A stretch of DNA of 64,000 bases from Eledone cirrhosa (GCA_964016885.1 OZ024750.1:22258001-22322000); one strand, 5' to 3'. Positions 1-14,625 are shown, numbered from the stretch's first letter. Notes: generated by a model from the letters alone, not told the origin. Made by a program: numbers and translations.

Positions 1-727
1 TGGTCATGTTGGTCATGGTGATGTTGGTGATGTTGGTGATGATGGTGGTGATGGCGGTGATGGGGGGGATTCTTTACGTTTGAATAAATTCGGTACTTGA
101 ATTTCCCGCTAACTCTCGGTGAGCGGGAGGGGGGGGGGGGGGGGGTTAGCCTGACACTGTGATAAAGTTGGCCCTTTGAATCACAGGTGCAACTCATATT
201 TTCCAACTGAGTGGACGACTAGAGCAACGTGAAATAAAGTATCTTGCTAAAGAGTACGTCGAACAACCGGGAATCGAACTCATAACCTTATGATTGTGAG
301 CCGAACTCCTTAACTTCCCCTATACCACACGACTTCACCCAGGTTCTATAGTATTGTCTATAGTATTTACAATACAGTTCTATATCATTATGTAGCATCT
401 GTAGTATTTATAATTCAGCTGGAGTTTGCTTTTTTAATGTAGCTCATTTTATACTTATAACATTTTTAGATCACTGAGTTAATGGTGTCTTTTCCTCACA
501 GTATAAGTGTTATTAATTAAATTTGTAATACCCTCTAGATTAAATATGTTAACACTAACTTAACTACTTATTATTTATTAGTATTAGCTTAGTATTGGTT
601 TACATGTCTTCGCGCCTCATTTCCGTATAACTCTGTCCTACTAAATCTGACACTGAGCTAAGGTCATAGAAATTATGAGAGCCACATCTTAAATTGAGAA
701 AGAAATTAAAAAAGAAACAAATAAGTA

Positions 728-767
<40 letters not shown>

Positions 768-1132
768 AGTGTTCTGCTTCACTGGATAGTACAAGTTTAT
801 AGTTATTTATGTCGGTCGGTTGCATCAGAACAGGTCCCTGCTAAACTAAATATCCAAATATATTTCAGTCTCTTTCTCTCTCTCTATATATATATATACG
901 TATATGTATATATATATAGAGAGAGGGGGGGGCTGACAATAAGAAGTCTGAATTGCAGCTTCTTATGAAACTTTATTGCATATTACAACTGTTTCAATAT
1001 CGATCAACTCGGGTTTCATCAGGCGATCGGATCCCGACTCTTAAACCTGAAGCACAGCCCCACGAGAGACGGACCCCCTAACAGCATCGAGTGCTTAAAC
1101 TTTAATCTGTTATTTATATATATATATACACA

Positions 1133-1980
<848 letters not shown>

Positions 1981-2579
1981 AAAAAAAAAATATATATATA
2001 TATATGTGTATATATATATATATATTGGTGAAAAAATAAAAAATTAGAAAAGAACCTGAATCATGTTATATAGGAAAATTTGTATAAAGAGTTGAAGATA
2101 TAACTAGTGTTTTACAGTACACAACGAAAAGAAATTTGTTCATCCAAATGAATTATAATTTTTTAAGGCGTGTATAAGTCAGAAATAATCATGGTTATCT
2201 AATTTTCTTTTGTACTGACCGGTTTCAGCTATGGTTAGTTTTTCAAAGTTTCGTTTTCAAAGTTACATTTGTGGTGGTATTGTGACACGTGTGAAAAATA
2301 CTCAATGGTGGTATTTTTGTTGCGTTGTGTTTAATGCCTCGGTTGGCTTCAATGTAACCTTGCCGTCAAATTCTGGTAAACATTGGTCCTTGCACTAACA
2401 CAAACAGAAATGTTGAATGATGTGGGAGTTGTAAGATGGATGCCAGAGAAAACGAGATAATGTTACAACTTAGTAAAGTTTCCTTATTTTTGGTAACATG
2501 TCAAATGTATTTCATACTACCTTCTAGATATTGGGTCTTAGTGACTGGGGGGGGGGGGGAGAATGAAGAGATAGAACAT

Positions 2580-3220
2580 CAACGACACCACCACCACTAA
2601 ACCAACACCACTACTACCAGCAACATGTCACTCCCACCGCCATGATCCCTGACCGATCAACACTGTCACCACCACTACGCCACCATCACCATCGCCACTA
2701 ACATCGTTTATACCAACACCAAAACCACAACCAACACCACCACCAACACCACCACCAACAACAACACCACAACCATCACCAACACCACCACCACCAACAC
2801 CACAACCATCACCAACACCACCACCACCAACAACACCACAACCACCACCATGAACAACACCCCAACACCACCAACACCACCAACAACACCACAACCACCA
2901 CCAACACCACCACCAACAACACCCCAACACCACCACCAATACCCCAACCACCACCACCACCACCAAAACCACCACCACCACCACCAAAACCACCACCACC
3001 ACCACCAACACCACCACCACCAAAACCACCACCAACAACAACAACAACACCACCAACAACACCACCAACACCAACACCACCAATACCACCACTAACACCA
3101 ACATCAACACCACCAACAACAACAACAACACCACCAACACCACCAACTACACCACCAAAACCACTGCCAACAACACCACCACTAACACCACCACCAACAA
3201 TAATAGAAAGCATTACAACT
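2580..3220. repeat. (CAC/CAA)n low-complexity tract
   Basis: Degenerate trinucleotide repeat. Confidence 0.9.
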
Positions 3221-3263
<43 letters not shown>

Positions 3264-3477
3264 CTAAAAATATTTCAGTCTTGCAAAGTAGACACATTCC
3301 TAGATAAACGTTATTATAACTGTTAAAGTCAGTTAAGTGAGAAGGGTGGACTTGTGTGTATGTGTGTGTTTCTCGGTGTATGTGTGTTTCTCGGTGTGTA
3401 TTATGTATTTGTATGAGTGTATCTGCGTTTGTGTGTCTTTCTGGGTGTATGTGTGTGTATGAGTGTATCTGCGTTTG

Positions 3478-3508
<31 letters not shown>

Positions 3509-5404
3509 TTGCGTGTGTGTGTGTGTGTGTATATATGTGTGCGTGTGAGAGTATGTGGGGTTTGTGTGTGTATGTGTCTGTTTTGTTTCAGTACAACGCT
3601 GCTCGTCAGTTGGGTCATGTTTCTCGTAACTGAAACTCTCTCCCCCTCTCTCTCTCTATATATATATATATATCTTCCCTCTCCCCTTCCTTCTCTCCCA
3701 CCCTCTCTCTCACTCTCCTCTCTCTCTCTCTCTCTCTCTCTCCCTGCCTCTCAGGGGAGGAACAACCAACGTTACAAATGTTTTTTTTTTTTCGCTAATG
3801 CAACACATTTCATTATTCGATATCATTGTCCAACACCCCCACCCCCCGTCAACATATGGTTGAGAAGAAGAAGAAGAAGAAGAAGAAGAAGAAGAAGAAG
3901 AAGAAGAAGAAACGAAAACATAAAACTATAAACGTATGAATAAATAAATAGGATCTTTGTTTCCATTTGACGAAGTGTGTCCAATTTATTTTATGAATTT
4001 CTACACAGATGTAGTGTTTGTCTGCTGATTAATTTTGAGTAATTAATATTTTTAAAAATCACTGCTCTTTAAAGATTAAATTTTTAACCAATCAGATCAT
4101 TTTTTTTTTTTTTTTTTTTTTGATTTAGACACAAAGAAAGCAATTTTGGAGAAAGGGGCAAGTTGATTCGAGCGACCCCAGTATTTGATTGGTACAACCC
4201 AAGAAAGATGAAAGACAAAGTTGAACTCGGTATGATTTGAACTCAAAACCAGAACAAACACTGCAAAGCAATACAACAATAAAGAAATAGAAAGATTAAA
4301 TAGAATCTTTTTTTTCAGTTTGGTGAACTGTATTCGATTTCTTGGTAAATTTCTGCTAGTTTTTGCTGACTACAAAAACCACAAACATCTTGGTGGGTGA
4401 GCAAAACTGATAACTATTTCTACTTTTAGCAATTTGATAGGAAGGGGAAAGTCAATTAAATCAACTTCAGTAGGTTGCTGGTGCTTTATTTTATCGACCC
4501 CATAAGGAATGAAAACCAAAACTAACCTCGGTGGGATTTGAACTCAGAACATAAAGGGCCATAACTATATACAGCAAAAGATATTGTCCGCCGCTCTACC
4601 GATACTGCTAATCCACCGCCTTAGAGAAATACTAATAATGGTTTTTAATTTAGACTGCATTGGTATGGACATGTGATGTGCATGGAGGATGACTGCTGGG
4701 TAAAGAAGTGCCAAGAAATCCCAGTGGAAGGAAGACACAGTAGAGGAAGACCACGAAAATCATGGGTGGAGGTGGTGAGAGCTGACCTCAGATCGCTGAA
4801 GCACAGAGGAGATGACGAAGGATCGTGACGAATGGAGAGATGCTGTGTTGAATAGGACCCATCCCACCCTTGCAAGCAAGAAAAAGCGGACGCAAAATGA
4901 TGATGATGCCACAAGGCCAACAAATTTAGTGGGCAGGGAAAAGTTGATTAAATCGATCCAGTATATTACTGGTGCTTTATTTTATTGACCCTATAAGGGA
5001 TGAAAACAAAGCTAACCTCGACAGGATTTGAACTCAGAAAGTAAAGGGCTGTAAGTATGTGCCACAAAGCATGCCCAATGGTCAACCGATATGCTAATTC
5101 ACTGCCCTAAAAAGAAACTAATAATGAAGTAACAATTCTTGAACTCTTTAGCATTTACATTAGTCTACATATACTATTATATTTTTGTGGTAAAGGCTTT
5201 ACCTCACATAATTATCTCATATGATATCGAGTCTATGAGATTTTGATGTTATTTATTTTGAAAACAAGCTTAAAGTTAGTAAAGAAAGTGGTGAGAGAAA
5301 TCTACCTGATATGGCTTGTTTAAATGCTAAAGGGTTAAAGATTGCTTTTTTTAAGTAATTTAACCAATCAGATCTATTTTCTGATTACTGAATTCAGTAA
5401 TTAG

Positions 5405-5903
5405 AAGAAGCGAAGTAGGTATAAAAGCCAAACTTGCTATCTTTAATTCAGTTTTTGTGCCAACCCTTACCTATGGTGATGAATCTTGGGTAATGACCGA
5501 AAGAATTTGATTGTGAATACAAGCAGCTGAAATGGGGTTCTTCGGAAGGGTTTTTGGAGTAAAATTATTCGATAGAGTGCGTAGCTCGGAAATTAGAGTC
5601 GCTCCAGGTAGAGCCACTACTTCTCTGAATTGAGAAATCACAGCTCCTATACTATGGGCATGTGGTTAGAATGTCTCAGGAAAGAATCGATGGACAGATT
5701 TTATGGGCGAAGTCAACAGGTAGGAGACCCAGGGGTAGATCCCGAACAAGATGGTTGGATAACATCCATGAGTTTGGCTGGTTATGCTTGGGGATCCAGC
5801 CGGATAAGTTGGAGACGAATGCTTCTGACAGGACCTGCTGGAAAGAGTGTTTGAGACCCTCCCCCCACGATTCTCTCAAGAAGAAAAAGAAGAAGAAGAA
5901 GAA
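5405..5903 (+). mobile_element. Decayed RTE-like LINE 3' fragment with (AAG)n tail
   Basis: ...PTLTYGDESW..., GHVVRMSQERI...GRRPRGRSRTRWLDNI. Confidence 0.78.
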
Positions 5904-6833
5904 GTTCTACACCTCGACAAAGAGCCATCTAGAAAAAATACTGAAAAGCTTATTAATATGATGTTCTGATGACTCTGTCAACTTATTGCTGTTTAGATAG
6001 TGGTGAAAAACTCTCAGGAGAGCTGGACAGCAGAAGGTCTTCAGAGAAGAAACCCCACCTCAAGCAAGTGTTAGATAAATATAAACTCTTTAACTCTTTA
6101 AATATGGCAATGATACCATATTTCGAATGAATGACACTGACTGATTTCCAAACAATTTTGTAAATAATCATTAAAAAAGCTGCTGTTTCGAAAATAATAA
6201 ATGTTCTAACAAAATTATAATGGGATGTTTTAGATAAATATAAACACTGTAAAATAAACAGTTTTGAATCAAAACAAGGGACAGTTTCCAGCGGTTTCAT
6301 ATCAAAGGGGTTAATGAGTGACATGGGGGAGGTAATATTCTCATACATCTGATATATCCAATATAAAATAAAATAAATCCTGGCTGAAGGTATCATATTC
6401 AAAGGCATTTGTCACTGTGGAGAAGGAATTGGGGTTTGTTTACTGTATCAGAGCTGACCCTGGAGTATACAACAGAAACAACATCTGTACATCTACCACA
6501 TCTGAAGTCTGGGTTCTATGTCAGTCTGCCACAAATCCCATTGTATCTTCTCTGTAGCTACATTATTTGCACTAAGTACACGGTATTATGTTACTACCTT
6601 ACTCCCATCCTTCATATAGTAAGCAATGTCACACTATAGATGATATTAGACTGGGATTCTGTGCTCTCAGTTCATAACTAGTGCAATATATGTCTGGCTA
6701 TGTGTGTATATGTATATACATACACACATACATATACAAATATATGTACATGCACATGCAAAAGTTTATGATGGTGGTGATGGAGCTAGCAGTGGTGATA
6801 ATATGTATATTCTTTCCACACATATGCATGCAC

Positions 6834-6877
<44 letters not shown>

Positions 6878-7000
6878 ATGAAATAAAGATGGTTATAAGA
6901 GTTCCATATATTTTATTATACGTATTTCGAATACAAAATCATCCTATATATATATAAAATCATCTTCTATATATATAATCTTATATATATATAAAATCAT

Positions 7001-7048
<48 letters not shown>

Positions 7049-7187
7049 CCTATATATATATATAAAAGATCATCTTATATATATATAATCCTATATATAT
7101 ATATAAAAAATCATCTTATATATATATAATCCTATATATATACAATCATCTTATATATATAATCATCTTATATATATATATCTATCT

Positions 7188-7423
7188 AGGGCGGGTAAAA
7201 TTCCCGAGACCCATGGACGAGTTCTCTCCAGCGGTCTGTCCCTCATTATTGCTGCCATGTCCTGCGTCTCCAACAGACCAGTGTCTGTCCTTTGGGCATC
7301 AACATACGTTAACCTTGGTCTTCCTCTTCCAGTGTGTCCATGTAGGGGCTCCCACAGGAGCACTGAGTGCAATGTCAACTCTGGATGTCGGTGAGCATGT
7401 CCAGCTAACCTCAGTCTCCTCTC
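7188..7423 (-). mobile_element. RTE-like LINE 3' fragment in (TA)n
   Basis: ERRLRLAGHAHRHPELTLHSVLLWEPLHGHTGRGRPRLTYVD. Confidence 0.78.
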
Positions 7424-7882
7424 TATATATATATATATATATATAATACTAACAAAATTATAGAAGTCAGGTCTGAGAAAATCACAGACATGAACCATAC
7501 CACCTGTAGACAAAGCTCTAAGGAATAAATCCGAGCATTTATCAAAAATTAAAAGTCGATTGACATATATATAAAAAAAACATATCAAACATTTATAGGG
7601 GAAATTTGTAAAGAGTGTAAGAACACATAGTTACAGAGGTAGCATAAAATTTAACGAAAACATCATACTACATACATATATACGTACAAACAAACATACA
7701 TACATCACCATTTAATATCTATTTTCTTGCTTGCATGGATTAAATGGACTGTCACATTTTTGTGGTTAAACGACCACTTCTTGCTCATACACTTCCTTAC
7801 TGACTTGATTTTTCTATGATTGGATGTTCTCCCTAATGTCAACCCCCTTACAGTATAGTCAGAGCTTTTATGGCACCCATAT

Positions 7883-8912
7883 GATCATCTTACTGAGTGG
7901 ACTAGGTCCTTTTTTTTTACCATGGTACCAGTACAACCATCTTACTGAGTGGATTGGGTGCTTTTTTTACCATGGTACCAGTACAACCATCTTACTGAGT
8001 AGACTGGGTGCTTTTTTATCATGGTACCAGTACAACCATCTTACTGAGTGAACTGGGTGCTTCTTTTATCATGGTACCAGTACAACCATCTTACTGAGCG
8101 GACTGAGTGCTTTTTTTATCATGGTAACAGTATAACCATCTTACTGAGTGGACTGAGTGCTTTTTTTATCATCGTAACAGTATAACCATCTTACTGAGTG
8201 GACTGAGTGCTTTTTTTATCATGGTACCAGTACAACCATCTTACTGAGTGGACTGAGTGCTTTTTTTATCATGGTACCAGTACAACCATCTTACTGAGCG
8301 GACTGAGTGCTTTTTTTATCATGGTACCAGTACAACCATCTTACTGAGTGGACTGGGTGCTTTTTTTATCATGGTACCAGTATAACCATCTTACTGAGTG
8401 GATTGGGTACTTCTTTTATCATGGTACCAGTACAACCATCTTACTGAGTGGACTGGGTGCATTTTTTACCATGGTACCAGTACAACCATCTTACTGAGCG
8501 GACTGAGTGCTTTTTTTATCATGGTAACAGTATAACCATCTTACTGAGTGGACTGGGTGCATTTTTTATCATGGTACCAGTACAACCATCTTAATGAGTG
8601 GACTGGGTGCTTTTTTTATCATGGTACCAGTACAACCATCTTACTGAGTGGACTGAGTGCTTTTTTTATCATGGTACCAGTACAACCATTTTACTGAGTG
8701 GACTGGGTGCTTTTTTTTATCATGGTACCAGTACAACCATCTTAATGAGTGGACTGGGTGCTTTTTTTTATCATGGTACCAGTACAACCATCTTAATGAG
8801 TGGACTGGGTGCTTTTTTTATCATGGTACCAGTACAACCATCTTACTGAGTGGACTGGGTGCTTTTTTCTTATTGTAGCACCAGTATAACCATCTTACTG
8901 GTTGGACTAGGT
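7883..8912. repeat. 50-bp minisatellite, ~20 copies
   Basis: Unit TTTTTATCATGGTACCAGTACAACCATCTTACTGAGTGGACTGRGTGCTT; resembles the internal module of SINE family A. Confidence 0.95.
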
Positions 8913-10465
8913 GCTTTTGTTTTTTATAAAGGTACGATTACAACCATCATATAGGGCATATTTTATCATTACAGCATTTAGATGCGTGTTATGTCCTTAG
9001 CCCAGCAGGTGAGGTAATGATGAGTAAACTGAGATAGCATGTATCAGATTCCGGGTTGTTTGCTGGAAGGGAAAGGGAGAATCTCACTGTGGGGGAGAGC
9101 AATCAATATGTAATGGAATTGACCTTGAAGAAAGTGAGTTGTGCCTAGTAGTATATTGTGGAATGTGTCCAGCTTTCCATGCATGCATGGATTAGAGGAG
9201 TGCAAGCTATATGCCAAGTGCCAGGGAGGCATACCACCACAGAAGAGCGAAGAGCTGAATCATGGCGAAAGCAAGTCCCTGAAGCAAGTAGATGGTGTCT
9301 GACGTATTGCTGAATGTGCCCAGCTTTCAATGCTAGACAGGAAATGTGAGTCAGGGATGAGAGTGTGAAGAGTAGAGGGGATAGGTGTTGGGTGGAGAAG
9401 GTGAATCAGCTTTCCATACTGGCATGGGTTGGACAAGGAAGAGGAGAAAGGTATGAGTGTGGGGACTAACCAGGAAGGGGCTTAGGAGGAGAAATTTGAA
9501 GTGGGCTTACAAAGATTGGACAAGATATGAAAGAAGCTCCACCTAAGCTTTCCATGTTGGCATGGGTTGGACAAGGAACAGAGGTGGAGAAGAAGGGTGT
9601 GTGTGGACTAACAGTGGAGTTTTAAAGTGGGAGTATACTGGCAGGCGGTGACATAAATGTTTTGCATCTCTGCTTCTTCGGGTTTAAGGTGGAAGGTGGA
9701 CAGAAGGGGAGTCAGGACCATATTGGCAGGCAGAAGCCACCTTCACCATGCTTGTTTCATCCCACTTGCATGGGAAGGCAAGTCTTCAGTACAACATGTT
9801 GCCAGTTATTTCAATATATATATATACTTATACATAATGTTTATATATATATATATATATATTATATATAACATTTATATATATATATATATATATAAAC
9901 GGGCCGGGTGGTGCAGGGATAGAAGTGTGATATAGGTTGAAAAGTGCTCAACTACTGTGGTAGGGGCTATGTATATCAGGATTTAGCCAGTATTAAACTA
10001 GTAAGACTATTATTACACACACACACACACACACATGCACAAGAGCAACAGAGATGTGTGGCTAAGTTAATATATATATATTTATTAAAATAGTGTTTGA
10101 TTCCTTATTAATGTTGTCTTTAAGTCTCTATTTGCAACACTGCATCTGCACTGAAATGGTAAATAGGATATGGCTGTTCTCAGGATGTCATGACTAACAG
10201 ACAGACAGAGATAAAGAGGGAGAGAGTGTCAAAGGAGTGGGCACTGAGAGAGAGAGAAAGATTAGAAAGATACAATGAATTATTTTAATATTTTTATTTA
10301 CATATTTACAGAATTTTATAACATCCATATACATATTTAATATATATGTATGTGTGTAAATATTTATAACAGATATAGGCATATATATATATATATATAT
10401 ATATTATGTATATGTGCCTATATATACATATATTTACAATACACTATACTTATGTGTGTGTGTGT

Positions 10466-10512
<47 letters not shown>

Positions 10513-10624
10513 GACACACACTTATATACTCTCATACACACAGATGTAATATGTATATGTGTATGCATGTGTTACTTATATCCATTTAATCAAATACTTT
10601 CAACAAAAAAGCATTAAATATAGA

Positions 10625-11589
10625 AGTCATTTGACTCATCAATCATAAGTCATTTGAGTCATTTTTCATAACTCATTGACTCATCAGTCAGTCATGAAAC
10701 AATTGACTCACAACTCCTAAGTCATAAGATTCAAAACTCCTAAGTCATAAGGCTCACAACTCCTAAGTCATTAGACTGACAGCGCCTAAGTCATTGGCTT
10801 ATAAATCATAATCCATTTGAATCATAAACCATTTAAATCTTAATCCATTTAAATCATAAATCATTTGATTCACCACTCATAAATCATTGCCTCATAATTC
10901 ATAACATTAATCATTTACACCTAAATCATAATTCATTTAAATCATAAACCATTTGACTCATCACTCATAACACCTTTGACTCGTAACTTATTTGGTTCAT
11001 AAATCCCTGACTCATAGTTCACTGGCTCATAATTCATTTGGCTCAAGTTACTGACTCATAACTCACTAACTCATAATTCATTTGGCTCAAGTCACTGACT
11101 CATAACTCACTAACTCATAATTCATTTGGCTCAAGTCACTGACTCATAACTCACTAACTCATAATTCATTAGGCTCAAGTCACTGACTCATAACTCACTA
11201 ACTCATAATTCATTAGGCTCAAGTCACTGACTCATAACTCACTAACTCATAATTCATTAGGCTCAAGTCACTGACTCATAACTCACTAACTCATAATTCA
11301 TTAGGCTCAAGTCACTGACTCATAACTCACTAACTCATAATTCATTAGGCTCAAGTCACTGACTCATAACTCACTAACTCATAATTCATTAGGCTCAAGT
11401 CACTGACTCATAACTCACTAACTCATAATTCATTAGGCTCAAGTCACTGACTCATAACTCACTAACTCATAATTCATTAGGCTCAAGTCACTGACTCATA
11501 ACTCACTAATTCACAGATTATTTGCTTAATTAATCATTGACTCATAATTCATTTGGTTCACAACTCAAGTCCTCATCTCATAATTCATT
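10625..11589. repeat. 3' UTR repeat region of POLR3B: 11 x 44-bp array (11040-11510) inside degenerate GACTCAT/CTCATAA repeats
   Basis: Unit GGCTCAAGTCACTGACTCATAACTCACTAACTCATAATTCATTA, period 44. Confidence 0.93.
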
Positions 11590-11710
11590 GTACTTCTTCA
11601 AAGTAAGTCTTGGGATGATATTCATGGACTGGAGTTCTTGAAACAGCAGTTTACAGGCATAAGGCATGAGGAGTGTGGAGACATTCTTGGAGGATTTACA
11701 ATACTGGCAC
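11578..11710 (-). CDS. POLR3B: POLR3B terminal coding exon 17/17
   Basis: tag|G TGC...GAA TTA TGA; [43 protein letters not shown]; 133 nt. Confidence 0.95.
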
Positions 11711-11951
11711 CTAAAATTACAATAGAAAAGATATTATATATATATATATAATGAGTTCATTTATAAGGCGTTGGTGTATCTCAAGCAACACATTTGTATG
11801 TATAGCGATATGCTAGAATATAATATAATCTCATTTATTGTATTTTATTATATTAGGAATTTTTCAAACATGCTGACACATATGTGGTATATGTGTGTGT
11901 GTGTGTTTATGTGTATATATGTATATATATATATATGTGTATATATATGTG

Positions 11952-11988
<37 letters not shown>

Positions 11989-12379
11989 GTATGTATGTAT
12001 ATATATGTATATATGTATATATGTATATATGTGTGTGCATGTATTTATGTGTATATGCATAGATATATATATGAGTATATAAATATAAATCTGCAAACAG
12101 ACATACTTACAAAAATACACACTCACAGACCTACATTCACACAAAAAACACTCACACACAGCATAGCAAATGGAACACCAGCTGCTGTTTTGCTATAGCT
12201 TTTCACCATCCCCTTCCTTTCTTTTACACATACACACACGCTGTGTGACGGACGGACGGAAGTCGGTATTTCTTACTCTTCTTACCTTGCCCTGAAATAC
12301 ACGCACTATAAAAAAAATCTACACAACCCACTAGACATTCACTTTGGTTATACAGACACCTAGATATTATATATAACGT

Positions 12380-13252
12380 CTACCATCATCCACCATCACC
12401 ACCACCACCATCCACCATCACCATCATCACCACCATCAACCATCTCCACCATCACCACCATCAACCATCACTACCATCTACCACCATCACCACCATCTAC
12501 CATCATCCACCATCACCACCATCAACTATAACCACTATAACCACCATCACCACCATCACCACCATCTACCATCATCCACCACCAACCATCACCCACCACT
12601 ACCACCAACATCTACCACCATCACCGACGGCTACCATCATCCTCCATCACCACCATCAACCATCACCACCATCCACAATCACCACCACCTCCACCTCCAT
12701 CACCACCATCTACCATCATCCACCACCCACCACCATCTACCATCATCCACCACCCACCACTACCACCAACATCTACCACCTTCACCGACGGCTACCATCC
12801 ACGACCAACACTCACTACCAACATCTACCATCATCCACTATCACCACCACCTCCATCTACCATCATCCACTATCACCACCACCTCCATCATCCACCACTA
12901 CCCCCCCACCATCACCACCACCTCCATCATCATCCACCACCATCACCCACCACCTCTACCACATCTACAACCACCACTACTTCTACCATCCATTACCACC
13001 AACGCCACCGCCATTCACTACCTCCATCCACCCCTCCCCCACCACCACTACCACCATCTATCATCATCCACTATCACCCCCACCACTGCCATCACCACCA
13101 CCATCATCCACCACTATCACCCACCACCACCAATATCTACAACCACCATCACCCACCACCTATACACCCTCTACTACAACCATCACCACCACCACCACCA
13201 CCACCACCCACTACTCACTACCTCCATCCACCTCCACCCTCCACCACTACCA
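12380..13252. repeat. (CAC/CAT)n low-complexity tract
   Basis: Degenerate trinucleotide repeat. Confidence 0.9.
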
Positions 13253-13620
13253 TTGTTTAAATGATTCTAACAATTCTAAATTTTTCAAATTTTTTGAATT
13301 CTTTAGAATATACAACTCTGAACAATGAAAGTGTCAGAGAAACCTGCGGGTAGGGTGTAGCAACGTATCCATTTCCAGTAGGGTGGACTAATGTCAATTT
13401 GTCACCACTCCAGGGACACAACTGGGGGACAATAACAAAAGTACAAAATTGTTTTTGTTTGTTTATTTTCTTTAACCATTTTTTGTTTTTACTTGGCACA
13501 GGCATGTTTCTAGGTTCAGTCCTATTGTACAGCCCTTTGGGCCAGTGTGTTCTACTATAGTCACAGGTTAATCAATATCTTGTGAATGGAATTTGGGTGA
13601 TGAAAATTGCAGAAGCCCAT

Positions 13621-13656
<36 letters not shown>

Positions 13657-14040
13657 TCATCATCATCATCATCATTTCGTTTTACGTCCGCTTTTCCCTG
13701 CTTGCAAGGGTGGGACGGGAACTGATGCTGGCTTGATTTCTACAGCTGGATGCCCTTCTTAACACCAACCTCATTTACAGTGAGTGCTGGGTGCTTTTTT
13801 GCCGTGGCACCTCCACGACCACTTTACAGTGGAATGATAGAGACCCCAGTCCCTATCATCTCATTTCTACAGCTGAGTAAACTGGAGCAATGTGAAATAA
13901 AGTGTCTTGCTCAAGGAAACAACACATCACCCGGTCTGAGAATTGAACTCACAACCTTTCAATTGCAAGGCCAATGCTCTAACCACTAAGCCATGTGCCT
14001 CCATATATATATATATATATATATATATATCAATGATATA

Positions 14041-14389
14041 GATATTAATAAATGGAAACTATCTTTATAAAACCATATTTATTTTATTATATATATTTCA
14101 AGGGTACCAAAATTCAATATTGACTATTCAAACAGAACTTATAACGATAAGTTCTTGTTTTTTGGATATGTCAATATTTATAAAACAACTTTTGTATTTT
14201 ATCTGATGAGAGCGTACCAAAATTTTTGGTACCCTTGAAATATATATAATAAAATAAATATGGTTTTATAAAGATAGTTTCCCTTTATTGATATTATTGA
14301 TATTATACTCCAGAAGAATTTTGTAGAGTGCTTTGAATCTGTTATAATTAAATTTGTTGAATAACCAACAATTTAAATAACTCTTTGCT
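14041..14389 (+). mobile_element. Fold-back Penelope-like element end, copy 2 (left arm internally deleted)
   Basis: Same terminal arm GATATTAATAAATGGAAACTAT as copy 1; arms ~14041-14294; homologous tail to 14389; (TA)n flanks. Confidence 0.72.
14195..14256 (+). ncRNA. Minimal type I hammerhead ribozyme motif
   Basis: UAUUUUAU CUGAUGA [GAGCGUACCAAA-AUU-UUUGGUACCCUU] GAAA UAUAUA UA^AUAAAAUA; perfect 8-bp stem I. Confidence 0.8.
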
Positions 14390-14625
14390 TATATATATAT
14401 ATATTAGAAAAAAACGAGAAAGTTTTGTTTACATGTATATGATATTTATTGTGTTACGAGCATTTCACAGAGGATTGGCTCATGGTCACCCATAGAAGTT
14501 ATGGGCCCAACTCCACTATCCAAATATATACATGTAAACGAAATTTATACTTACACTCTACTATCCCAAGTATCGAGTACTTTGCTGAATTATGCTCTTA
14601 CCAGTTTAAACTGGTATAATTCTGA

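Noticed and set aside
2628-3931. Long Val/Gly/His/Thr-rich ORFs (also 28200-30280, 16585-17120, 44324-44682, 51479-52192)
   Set aside because: Translations of (GGT)n, (CA)n and (TA)n microsatellites; no domain or splice support.
5905-6130. Coding-looking stretch (DSGEKLSGELDSRRSSEKKPHLK) and ATGATG..CTGA snoRNA-like boxes
   Set aside because: No recognisable homology, no consistent exon chain, and the boxes are too close together for a C/D snoRNA.
7883-8912. CRISPR-like regular repeats (also 11040-11510, 17153-17608, 37858-39646)
   Set aside because: Head-to-tail tandem units with no unique spacers, eukaryotic context, no cas genes.
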